This document shows positions 40,503-61,345 of a stretch of 64,000 nt of DNA, one piece after another. The notes beneath the pieces were generated by a model, which was given only the letters and a program-made list of their open reading frames with translations, was not told the origin of the DNA and searched no databases. The DNA lies in the NCBI RefSeq assembly GCF_009914755.1, contig NC_060925.1; one strand, given 5' to 3'. Within the stretch, counting starts at the first letter, position 1, and the number at the start of each line of letters is the position of its first letter. The stretch comes from the human T2T-CHM13v2.0 reference genome, Homo sapiens. The translations under genes were made by a program, and so were the position numbers.

Positions 40503-42164
40503 AAGATTGTGAAACATTTATCTTATTGGAATAACAATGCACTGAGTATTTGGAGAGTTTCAGGCTATGTGGAAAGAGATTTAATGGAAAAAAAGGTCAT
40601 GAAATGAAAAATTAATTATCAAGTCTTCAAAGAGATTTTAATTTAAATATGTTTAAGCTGAACTACTGTTGAATATAAGCAGTTAACTTTAGTGCTTAGA
40701 GTTGATAAAAATTTAGAAAAGAGTAATTCAAAAATGTAGTTCAGTATTTGATTCATAAACCACTTTAGCTAATGTTTGTTCATCAGCTACTTAGTGTTCA
40801 GTGAACAGCTGTACAGAACTTATTAAAATTCAGAAGCCAAGACTATTCCCATTATGCATGATCTCATGAATGGAAACAATATGTGATAATCTAAATGAGC
40901 CAGTTAATGTGAAGCAGCAAAAACCCACTTAGAAGGAGTGTTTTAATTAAATGCCACTTAATTATTATAATCAGATTCCAAACAATTTTATAGAATAAAT
41001 CATTGTGAATTCAGTTATTTTTGGACAATATATGCAACAATCAAATAAGGTAGTAAAAGTAAAATAAAGATTTCCTTAGAAATGTACACATGACCATCAT
41101 TTCCAAATAATCATTCCATAATGTTCCATATTCCATTTGTTTTAATTTAAAATTATTTACATATATATAAGAAAGACATCAAGTACAATATTTGAATGTA
41201 TTGCAATATATAAAATATTCTTTTGTATTTCTTGGTAGTGTTATTTTGCAAAGTTTTCCTTCCTTAAAAACTTTTTCATGTAAGTCCAAAAAGTGCTTTT
41301 ATGACTGAGATATTTTTTTAATGACCTTACAAATGCTTTACAAATAATATCACAAAGCAATTGGGAATATGTTAGACATAACTAAATATCAATAGGCTTA
41401 AAGTTCAGAAAACTTTGCTCTCTGGTAATATTCAAATTTTGGCAAATACATGACAACAACTTCAACAGGCTGATTTTTTTTTAACCTAACTCTCATGTTT
41501 CTGACATTCATGAGATGGATTGTTAACTGCTGATATCAATCCCTAAGCATGGGCTAAAAATGATATAAAGTCAGAGCAAGAGTGAGCACAGCTTCAAAAA
41601 GTGCTTAAAAAGGAGAAAAGAATAAAAGTTGGAATGCAGAATATAAACTAAGTTTAGGAAAAATATAAGAAATAGAAAGCTGTCTTCTGTCTAAATATTT
41701 TACCTTACTTAGCTTAGAATGTATTGCTATAAATAAAACTGGGACAAAAATTTGACTTAAAACATGTGTCTAAACCCTTGCAACTGGCCTAATTCAAATA
41801 AAGAAGGAGTACTCTTATTTTGTAAAAGTGACTTTAAAACTTACATTTTCTTTCCATTTTCTTCTACATTTAGAATCCCCTTTATACAGCTCCATGTATC
41901 CTTTGCCTTTCTGTTGCTGTAGCCATTATTCATCCAAATGGATTGGTGGAGGGGTAGCTTCCCAATATATCATTTTACTGGCCATACTTCAGGTACTCTG
42001 CTGGAACTGAAAATGATTTCTTAATAAATCTTTCGTGGAAGATGGGGATATTCTAAAACAAAAGCTTTTATAATCTACGCTAACTCACCCTGTCCTCTTC
42101 TCTCTCACCTCCTTCCTTCCTTCCCTTCTTTCTTATAGTCCTCACATTTCCTTTTCCTACATAC

Positions 42165-42324
42165 ATTCTGCCTCTTTCTTCTACTTTTAAGGACTTCTAT
42201 GATAACATTAGCCCATTTGAAGGATCAAGGGTAATTTCTCTATTGGTCACCTTGATTCCCCTTTGTCATATAACAAGGTTTTCACAGATAATGGATATCT
42301 TGGGGAAAGGTCATTCTGCCCACA
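42165..42324 (-). mobile_element. MLT1 LTR fragment
   Basis: cttttaaggacttctatgataacattagccc...ggatatcttgggg...attctgcccaca. Confidence 0.6.
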
Positions 42325-43088
42325 TTAATGAATACTACATTATACTTATTTTCCAAATACTTCCACCAATCCTTATGTGATATAGAGTAGAAAGTATTTT
42401 TATAAAACCAAGAAGATGGATTTTTTTTCTGTGTTTTTAAAAAATGTATTTATGAATTACTTAAAATATATTAAAGACAGATGCCATTTTCTGGGTTTAT
42501 AAAATAAAATTATTTGTGAGATATAACAATTAACCTGAGCATTTGACTACAAGAGGTAAATCACCACTGAAAATTATTGGACACCAAGCCTGATAGAAGC
42601 CAACTACTGAATCTGAACTTGCACTCTATGCCAGGCTAACTGGTTTTCTTTGACAGCAGATGCATTATATTATTTGTTTGGCAGTACTTCAGTCATAGTA
42701 GATCCTTAAATAATATGACCTAAATCATAGTAGGTGCTTAAATATATTTACTTAATAAATAACTTCTCTTTATTTGAATTTTATATTAGAAATACATTTC
42801 TACAAAAATTATTATAACTTCTTATTATAATAATTATCACATTATTGTTCTTCTCAGGTTTTCATTAGGGTGTTTGAGGGACTGTATTTTATTCCCTTTT
42901 GTATTCTCAACACTTAGAACAAGCATAGGTAGGTATTTTATAGGCCCTCAATACATTTAAATTGGATTAACATTAAAACGATAACCAGATTTTTATCTTA
43001 TGATTATTGCTACATTCTTTCAGAGATATTTTTTGTTGTCACATTTAGTAAGAATAGGTCAAAATAGTTTAAATATTATTTGATAAAT

Positions 43089-43172
43089 GTGAAATGTTTT
43101 AAGAGTACACTTTCAAATAGGTAGGGGCCAGTGAAATGTTTTAAGAATACACTTTCAAATAGGTAGGGGCCA
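43089..43172. repeat. 42-bp tandem duplication (2 copies, 1 mismatch)
   Basis: gtgaaatgttttaaga(g/a)tacactttcaaataggtaggggcca x2. Confidence 0.97.
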
Positions 43173-43949
43173 TTTTGAATCAAGGATATCCTGGCATTAG
43201 GAAAGCAAAAACCATGCCTCTTACCTTCACAATGACTGCAGAAATGCAGTTAACGTATACAGGAGATAAGTAAATTCTAATTAGCTTTGTCCATCAGTCA
43301 ACTGTTTCTATGAATGCAAACTCATCAGAATATCTTGACAATGCATCTTCTTGAAAGCATAAATTGGTTTAAAATATAATCAAACAAAAATTTTATTTTT
43401 ACAAAATATGCCTATATATTAATATAAAATATTTAAAAATGGTAACACTTATCTCATGGAGAAAGTCCTGAGTGCATCAAAAGTTAAATTACTTCCTGAG
43501 CTCTGCTTGGTAGGCCAAGCTGAATTATTGGAAAGCTCCTAATTGTTATTCTGCAAAGAACAATGCATCTGTCTTCGTTTTGCATTTGTTATAATCAGAT
43601 AATGAACTAAAATAGCTATTAAGCAAAAAGTTATGCCTAATGTCTCATCCAATGATTTTTAATCCAAATTTTGCTTTTTCTTTATGTTTCCTGAGACTGA
43701 GTGATGAGTATATAACTTTGAACATTGGGACCCCTGTGCCCATTTGTGAGCACAAGATTTCATCTTATTTTCTATTTCACAAATAAAAAGTGTTTTTTGT
43801 ACTGTAAAAGTAATATTAACACTCAAAGGTATTTCAAATCCTAAAATGAATTAAAAAGAAGATAGCAAAAATGATTACTAAATTATATTATCTAAATACT
43901 TTTAAATATTTTCCTGTATGTATATAGCATTTATGAAATAACCATATTT

Positions 43950-44582
<633 letters not shown>

Positions 44583-45061
44583 TGAAATAATCATATTTTT
44601 CAAGACATTGGTACCCTGTCAACTTACCAAAAAATGTGTGGATATTTTCCCCTTGTAATAATTGTAGATATATGTGACATGTTTCATTGTATGGCTATGA
44701 CATCACTATTTTAATCATCCCCAACCACTAGACATGTATTTAGATTGTTTCCAAAATTTTTAATTATGGAGACTCCTGACAGACCACATATCTGCCAGGA
44801 TTGTCCAGTTTCCAGTTAGCATTAATGCCTAGAAATACAATTAATTGACGAGCAGGTAGGATCTTGTAAAATCTGGTTGTGTATCAGGCTTATAACAGTT
44901 TATTTATTTCATTATACTTGCCAAAAAAACTACCTTTGTTTTGCTGAGCTTTTCTATTATTTTTTTTCTCATTTATGAATTTCAGTTTTGAAATTTATTA
45001 TTTACCTTCCCCTAGATTCTTTTGTTCTGTTTCTAATTCACCTCCACTTTCCCTCCCCTGG

Positions 45062-47377
45062 CATATTAGTCCATTCTGATGCTGCTAATAAAGACGTACC
45101 TGAGACTGGATAAGAGGTTTAATTGACTCACAGTTCCACATGGCTAGGGAGGCCTCAGGAAACTTACAATCATGGCAGAAGGGGAAGCAAACACTTCCTT
45201 CTTTGCATGATGGTAGGAAGGAGAAGAACGAATGGGTAGGTGGGGAAGCTCCTTATAAAACCATCAGATCTTATCAGAAGTCATTCACTATCATGAGAAC
45301 TGCATGAAGGTGACCACCCCCATGATTCAATTGCCTCCCACCAGGCCCCTCCCACGACACGTGGGGATTATAGTAACTATAATTCAAGATGCAATTAGGG
45401 TGGGGACACAGCCATACCATGTCATTCCACCCCTGCCTCTCCGAAATCTCATGTCCTCACAACAAAAACACAATCATACCCTTCCAGCAGCTCTCCCAAA
45501 ATCTTAACTCATCCCAGCATTAAATCAAAAGTCCAGGTCCAAAGTCTCATCTGAAACAATCAAGTTCCTTCTGCCTATGAGCCTGTAAAATAAAAAGCAA
45601 GTTAGTTACATCCTGGATACAATGGGGGTACAGGCATTGGGTAAATACACCCATTTGAAATGGGAGAAACTGGCCAAAACAAAGGGACTACAGGCCGCAT
45701 GCAAGTTCAAAATCAAATAGGGCAGTCATTAAACCTTAAAGTTCTAAATGATCTCCTTTGACTCCATGTCTTACATCCAGGGCACACGAATGAGTGGGCT
45801 CCCACAGCATTGGGCAGCTCCACCCTGTGAGTATAGGCCCTTTGCAGGGTATAGCCCCGCCCCACCCCAAGGCTGCTTTCATGGGCTGGTGTTGAGTATC
45901 TGTGGCTTTTCCAGATGCACAGTACAACGTGTGGGTGGGTCTGTCATTCTCAGGTCTGGAGGACAGCGGCCATCTTCTCATAGCTCCACTAGCCAGTACC
46001 CCACTGAAGACTATGTGTTGGGGCTCCAACCCCACATTTCCCTTCTGCACTGCCCTCGCAGAGGTTCCCCAGGAGGGCCCCACCCCTGAAGCAAACTTCT
46101 GAGTGGGCATCCATACATCCTCTGAAATCTAGCTGGACATTCTCTCAAACCTCAATTTTTTACTTTTATGCACCTACAGGTCCAACACCACATGTAAGGC
46201 TTGAGACTTGCACCCTTTGAATCAACGGCCTGAGCTGTACATTGGCCCTTTTTAGCCATGGCTAGAGCTTAAGCAGCTGGGAGGCAGGGCACCATGTCCT
46301 GATGCTGCATAGGGCAGGATGGCCCTGGGCCTGGCCCAGGAAACCATTGTTCCCTCCTAAGTCTCCAGGCCTTTGATGGGAGGGGCTGCCATGAAGGTCT
46401 CTGACATGCTCTGGAGAATATTTTCCCCATTTTCTTGATGATTAACATTTGGCTCCTCATTACTTGTGCAAATTTCTGAAGTCAGCTTGAATTTCTCCCC
46501 AGAAAATGGGGTTTTCTTTTCTATCACATCATCAGGCTGCATCTTTTTTGCTCTGCTTCCTCTTGAGTGCTATGCTACTTAGAAATGTCTTCTGCCAGAT
46601 ACCCTAAATTATCTCTCTCAAGTTCAAAGTTCCACAGATCTCTAGGGCAGGGACAAAATGCTGCCAGTCTCTTTGCTAAAACATAGCAAGAGTGACATTT
46701 ACTCCAGTTCCCAATAAGTTCTTCATCTCCATCTGAGACCACCTCAGCCTGGACTTCATTGTTTGTATCGCTATCACCATTTTGGTCAAACCCATTCAAC
46801 AAGTCTCTAGGAAGTTCTAAACTTTCCAGCATCTTCCTGTCTTCGGAGCCCTCCAAGTCTCTAGGAAGTTCCAAGCTTTTCCACATTTTTCTGTCTTCTG
46901 AACCTTCCAAACTGTTCCAGCTTCTGCTTTTTATCCAGTTCCAAAGCTGCTTCCACATTTCCTGAATCTACAGCAATGCCCCACTCTCTGCAGTAGCATT
47001 TTGCTGTATTAGTCCATTCCCATGCTGCTAATAAAGACATACCAGAGACTGGGTAATATATAAGGAAAAAAGGTTTAATTAATTCACAGTTCAGCATGGC
47101 TCAAGAGGCCTCAGGAAACTTACAATCATGGCAGAAGGGGAAGCAAACATGTCCTTCCTCTCATAATGGCCGGAAAGAGAAATGCAGAGCAAAGGGAGGG
47201 GGGAAAGCCCCTTATAAAACCAGCAGATATAGTGAAAACTCACTATTATGAGGACAGCATAGAAATAACTGCCCTATGATTCAGTTTCCTCCCATCAGGT
47301 TACTCCCATGATATGTGGGGATTATGGGAACTACAATTCAAGATGAGATTTGAGTGGGCCACAGCCAAACCATATCA
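45062..47377 (-). mobile_element. Complete THE1 (C/D-like) MaLR element: LTR 45062-45424, internal 45425-47004, LTR 47005-47377
   Basis: Two direct LTRs; 5-bp TSD cctgg/cctag; internal ORF 46575-46958 is the typical MaLR-internal peptide (EVVSDGDEELIGNWSK...AAFCPCPRDLWNFELERD). Confidence 0.95.
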
Positions 47378-47419
47378 CCTAGTTCTCAAGATTAATATTT
47401 ACTGCAGCATAATATTTAC

Positions 47420-47643
47420 GAATGTGGACTCCAGAGCAGGACCACCTGAGTTTGAATGCTGGTTTTGCCATTTGATAACTCTGTAATAGTGGATAGGTTT
47501 TTCAACTTATCTCTGCTTCAATTTCTTTATCTGTACAATGGGAATAATAATAGTATTTACTTCAGGTTTGTGATGAGTTAATAATATTTATAAGTTCTTA
47601 GATCAATACCTAACACAGTAAATATGTGGTACATGTTAGCTAT
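47420..47643 (+). mobile_element. MIR
   Basis: ctgagtttgaatgctgg...ctctgcttcaatttctttatctgtacaatgggaataataatag. Confidence 0.8.
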
Positions 47644-47996
47644 TGATGTAGTTTCACTGTGTCCCCACCCAAATCTCAACTAGAATTGTATCTCCCAGAA
47701 TTCCCATATGTTGTGGGAGGGACCTAGGGGGAAGTAATTGAATCATGGGTGCCGGTTTTCCCATGCTATTCTTGTGATATTGAATAAGTCTAACAAGATC
47801 TGATGGTTTTATCAGGGGTTTCTGCTTTTGATTCTTCCTCATTTTCTCTTGCTGCCACCATGTAAGAAATGCCTTTCACCCTCTGCCATGATTCTGAGGC
47901 CTCCCCAGCCGTGTGGACCTTTAAGTCCAGTTAAACTTCTTTTTCTTCCCAGTCTTGAGTAAGTCTTTATCAGCAGCATGAAAACAGACTAATATG
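47644..47996 (+). mobile_element. THE1 (A/B-like) solo LTR
   Basis: tgatgtagtttcactgtgtccccacccaaatctc...gaaaacagactaatatg; perfect TSD GCTAT at 47639-47643 and 47997-48001. Confidence 0.93.
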
Positions 47997-48289
47997 GCTA
48001 TTATCTTTGTCTTTTATTTGAATAAAGAAAACATTTAAAGTTTGTATTCTATTTTGAGTACTACTCTAAATCTTACAGCTTTTTCTTCAAACTGTATGTT
48101 TTTAGTAACTTTCTAATTGTTATAATTTTATTTTGTTCTCATTAAACAAGGTTTAATAGGAGAATGATTTTTTGAAGTTGAACTTTTTGGGTCACATTTT
48201 AATAATTCATTGCAATTTTATGTGTTATCAAAGAGTATAGCCTATGAGGTCTGTATTTTAAAAATATTGTTTATTAAGTCAAGTAGATT

Positions 48290-48420
48290 ATTTGTCTATT
48301 TATTTAGGGATGGGGTCTCGCTTTGTTGCTGAGGCTGAACTCAAACTCCTGGGCTCAAGTGATCCTCCCACCCCACCCTCCCAAGTAGCTGGGACTACAG
48401 GCATGGGCTGCCACACCTGA
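48290..48420 (-). mobile_element. FLAM / Alu monomer
   Basis: gggtctcgctttgttgc...aactcctgggctcaagtgatcctccc. Confidence 0.8.
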
Positions 48421-48776
48421 TAAATGATTTATTGCTTATGGATATAAACATTTATTATTCCATGCACATAATAAATTATTTCATGGATACAAACATTATT
48501 CCATTTATGAAAATATTTAAGCTTCTTCATAGTGATAAGAACATTCAAATCCCCTATAGGTGTTATATTTTGGTAAACAAGATTTATAAAATTCAGAAGG
48601 AGACATGGTGAACTCTTCCAGTTATAATTACTTTTCAGAAATAAATTTACTTTAGGCAAAGCAATCCTAAGCAAGAAGAATAAAGCCAGAGGCATCATAC
48701 CACTGAACTTCAAACTATCCTACAAAGCCACAGTAACCCAGACAGCATAGTACGGGCACAAAAGCAGACACATAGG

Positions 48777-49112
<336 letters not shown>

Positions 49113-49757
49113 TCAGAAATAAAACTGCACACCCACAACCATCTCATCTTTGACAAAGCCAATCAAAACAAGCAATGGTAAATGGACTACCTATTCAATA
49201 AACGGTGCTGGAATGACTGGCTAGCCATATGCAGAAAATTGAAGCTGGAATCCTACCTTTCACCAAATATCAAAATTAACTCAAAATATATGAAACATTT
49301 AAATATAAGACCGCAAGCTATAAAAATTCTGAAACACAACCTAGGAAATACTCCTTTTGACATCAGCTTGGCAAAGAATTTTTGGCTAAGTCCCTAAAAG
49401 CAATTGGAACAAAAGCAAAAATAAAGAAGTGGGACCTAATTAAACTCAAAAGCTTCTATACAGCAAAATAAAATACTAACAAAGCAAGCAGACAGCCTAT
49501 GGAATGGAAGAATATATTCATTAACTATGCATCCCACAAATGCCTAATATCCAGAATGAATGGGGAACTTAAACAAATCAGCAAGCAAAAAACAACTGCA
49601 TTAAAAATGGACATAGGACATGAACAGATACTTCTTAAAAGAAAACATACAAGCAGCCAACAAACATATGAAAAAGTGCTAATCATCACAAATCACCAGA
49701 GAAATGTAAATCAAAATCACAATGCAGTACCATCTCACTCTAGTCAGAATGGCTATT

Positions 49758-57769
<8,012 letters not shown>

Positions 57770-58649
57770 CAGAATGGCTATTACTAAAAAGTCAAAAAAA
57801 AAAAAAAAAAAACAAGAAAGAAAGAAACAGATGCTGGCTAGGCTGCAGGAAAAATGGGGAAAAGGAAATACTTATATACTGTTGTTGGGAATGTAAATTA
57901 GTTCAGCCACTTTGGAAAGCAGTTTGAAGATTTCTCAAAGAATTTAAAACAGAACTACCATATGACCCAGCAATCCCATTACTGGGCATACACTTAAAGG
58001 AAATTAAATCATTCTGCCAAGAAGATACATCCACTTAGATGCTCATCCCACTGCTATTCACAACAGCAAAGACATGGAATCAACCCAGGTGCCCATCAAT
58101 GGTAGATTGGATAAAGAAAATGTGGTACATATGCACTGTGGAATACTATGCAGCCATAAGAAAGAATGAATCATGTCCTTCGCAGCAACATGGACGTAGC
58201 TGGAGACCATAATCCTAAGCAAATTAATGTAGGAGCAGAAAATCAAATACCACATGTTCTCACTTACAAGTGGGAGCTAACACATGAACCTAAATATGGG
58301 AAGAATAGGTACTACTGACTACTAGAGAGTGGAGGGAGTTGGGGTAGGTTGAAAAACTACTTGTTGGATATTACGCTCATTACGTGGGTGGTGGGATCTG
58401 TACCTCAAACCTCAGCATCATGTAACATTCCTATGTAACAAACCTGTACATGTACCCTCTATATCTAAAATATAAGTTGAAATTACATAAAAATAACTAA
58501 ACTTAGAAAAAAATACCTTTGGGAGGTTTTCTTTATATAGTTATTTGCTATCTTGTTCAATGTATAAAGGTTTAGGTCTATTACATTTTCTCAAAAATTT
58601 ATACTTTTGGGATCATTATGTATTGTGTCTCTTCCCCTTATTAAATGCT

Positions 58650-58719
58650 TTTTTCATAGATTTCCCTGCACTGTAATATTTCCATTTTTCATAGATTTCC
58701 TTGCACTCTAATATTTCCA
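58650..58719. repeat. 35-bp tandem duplication (2 mismatches)
   Basis: tttttcatagatttcc(c/t)tgcact(g/c)taatatttcca x2. Confidence 0.95.
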
Positions 58720-59204
58720 AGACTGTTTTATGTTGTTCATAGTTGTCTAGGAATCTATTCCCCATCTCTTATTTCCAACTTACTTTTATCATTATATTTT
58801 TTGTACACAACATATGTGTACATTTTGTTTTTAACCCATCCCAACAATTATCCATCTCTAATTGGGAAATCCAGCCTGCTCACATTGCATACAATAAATG
58901 ATATAATTGTTTTTATTACTTGCATTTTATTTCATGTTAGCTGTTTATTTTACTTTGCTATTGTTTTCTTTTTCCTTTTTATTATTTTTCTGGCTTTAGT
59001 ATACTTGTATCATTCTTCTTTTTTGCTTGCTAATTATGTTCTACTATGCTTTTCAATATGGTAGTACTTATCTTTCATTCTGAAAAATCAAAATTTAATA
59101 TATTGTTTTCTTTATTATATTAATAAAAGCAAATGGCATAGCTTTGATCACAATCCAAGATAAAAGTTTAGAAAGCATTAACAATCAATTTCCCCTATCT
59201 TTTG

Positions 59205-59437
59205 TCACATGCTATTCAGGATAAACTAGGACATGCTAGAAGGGAAAAATCCACCACAGTTATTTAGTATATGAGAGTTTATTTTTCACTTATGCAAAGT
59301 CTTATGCAGATAATTCTTTCTCTGTTCCTTACAGCCATCAAAGTGACTGAGCCCATCCCAAAGTGGGTATGGTTAGTAGTTAGTAGAGAGAGTCAGAAAT
59401 TGTTTCTAAATACTTGTCCTATTTATTTACACGCAAT

Positions 59438-59480
<43 letters not shown>

Positions 59481-59768
59481 AGTCTGCAGGACCTGTATCA
59501 GCTCTGAAAAGAAGTTTCCTCTGTCGGAATTCAGTGATCTCTGGTGTTTGGATCTTTTGATTCTATCATCTCAATATATGGAACCTTCAGTTGTTATGGA
59601 AGAAGAAGGCAGCTGAATCTTCAAAGACTGTGTTCATATGCCTTACTTTCACTCACATTGCAGTATCCTGAATTAGTCACATGGCCCCACCTAATGCAGT
59701 GACATCTGTGAAATACTGTATTTGCAAAAATGAAATGATATGAACATGTGGCACTGTCTCTGCTTACC
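59205..59768 (-). mobile_element. Old MLT1 (I/J/K-like) LTR interrupted by a duplicated segment
   Basis: gtttatttttcacttatgcaaagtc...tttcactcacattgc...tagtcacatggccccacctaatgc. Confidence 0.6.
59312..59476 (+). repeat. Dispersed duplicate, copy 1 (ends in (CA)n)
   Basis: Homologous to 60503-60660. Confidence 0.92.
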
Positions 59769-60240
59769 TTCCCATGCTTCTAAATTCTTGGTTTCTTGAA
59801 ATAGTTTAAAATTTAATTTTAGCTAGTATTGTTCTCCATATATCTCCATATATATCTATGGTTTCTAAATAGTTGGAAAACATTTTTGATAAGGAAATCA
59901 CAATCAGAAGGAAAGCTGTTTTTCTTATGGAGACAAAAAAACAGGTTTCTTTATTAGAAATAATGAGACTTAGGAGAAACAGACGGTTACTGGGGAAGAT
60001 ACCACAGTTGGTTTATAACTTTCACCTGCCCAAGTGATGGGTAAAAAAACAGAGTTCAACCAAATGAAACAGAAACTGCAAGTGCAGATCCCACTGTCTG
60101 TGGCCTTGGCTGCAGGCTCTTCCTCAAGTCAGTGATGGTCTATTAAACAAAGGTCCATGCAAAAAGTTAAAACAGGCTGTACGTGTGCTCAATCGGTGGT
60201 TAGCTGCTTTAGAATAATTCCAATGAGAAGTTTGAGAGAA

Positions 60241-60287
60241 CTTCAGGCAAAGCATAAAGCTTCAGGCAAAGATAAAGTTTCAGGCAA
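60241..60287. repeat. 18/19-bp tandem repeat, about 2.5 copies
   Basis: cttcaggcaaagcataaag cttcaggcaaagataaag tttcaggcaa. Confidence 0.9.
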
Positions 60288-60502
60288 TGCTTTAGGGTTG
60301 TAACAGGGGTTTTTGAAGTCTGTGATCTTGGGAACTTCTTGGCTGTTCCTGAACTATTTTTTGACATAGTATGGTTCATGTCAGTGTAAATGAAAAACTA
60401 CTAGTGGACTCAGCCATATGTAAGGAAACTCAGGGACTGAGAGTAGTAGATTTTTTTTTTAACATAGCTTGCTGTTTTAGCATGTGGCTGTTTGCTACTT
60501 GG

Positions 60503-60621
60503 AATTCTTTCTCTGTCCCTTACTGCTACTAAGGTGACTGACCCCATCCCAAAGTGATCAGATAGTACAGAGAGTCAAAAATTGTTCCCAAATACTTGTC
60601 CTGTTTATTTACACACAATCA

Positions 60622-60660
<39 letters not shown>
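60503..60660 (+). repeat. Dispersed duplicate, copy 2 (ends in (CA)n)
   Basis: Homologous to 59312-59476. Confidence 0.92.
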
Positions 60661-60662
<2 letters not shown>

Positions 60663-60954
60663 CCTCATGTACATATGCACACAGGTATAGATGGTTGAGT
60701 ACTCTGCATTTTTTGAAACAATGTTCTTATTCCATTTTTATTTCATTAAAAAATCTATCTAATATGCTATGGCAATCTAAAATTTTCTTAGTGATATATT
60801 TCTTTTTGATGGGGAAATGATATTTTGTCTGGCTGTAGGACTCTTGAACACCAAATCCTTTTCTCTTAGTTGACTGTGATTACTACTAGAACAATTGTGA
60901 TAAACTAGTAGATGTTATTTGATCATCTTATTTCTGTACAAATATATATATATA

Positions 60955-61070
60955 TCTATTTTTGACAAGGTCTCATTATGTTGCCTAGGCTTGTCTCCAA
61001 CTCCTGGGCTCAGGCAATCCTCCTGCCTCAGCCGTTTCAGTAGCTTGGATTACAGGTACTACACCTGGCT
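60955..61070 (-). mobile_element. FLAM / Alu monomer
   Basis: ggtctcattatgttgcctaggct...ctcctgggctcaggcaatcctcctgcctcagcc. Confidence 0.8.
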
Positions 61071-61345
61071 TTGTTGTATTTTTTAAAAAATATTCTCACT
61101 TGAATTTCAATGAGCCTTTTCAAGTTAAACACTGCAGCCTTTCTTCTGACTGTAAAGATAAGTAATTTTCTGTTATTTGTTTAGTTGTTCTTCTTCTGTT
61201 GCTTTATCTCATTCTAGAATGTCCAAATTTTCTGAAGCTATTCTCCAAATTTCTCATTTTTCTCTTTATTAGTTTAATTTTTTCTTTCTTTTGTCACATT
61301 TTGGCATTGCACTTGACAGTCTAATCCACTAATTATCTATACTGA

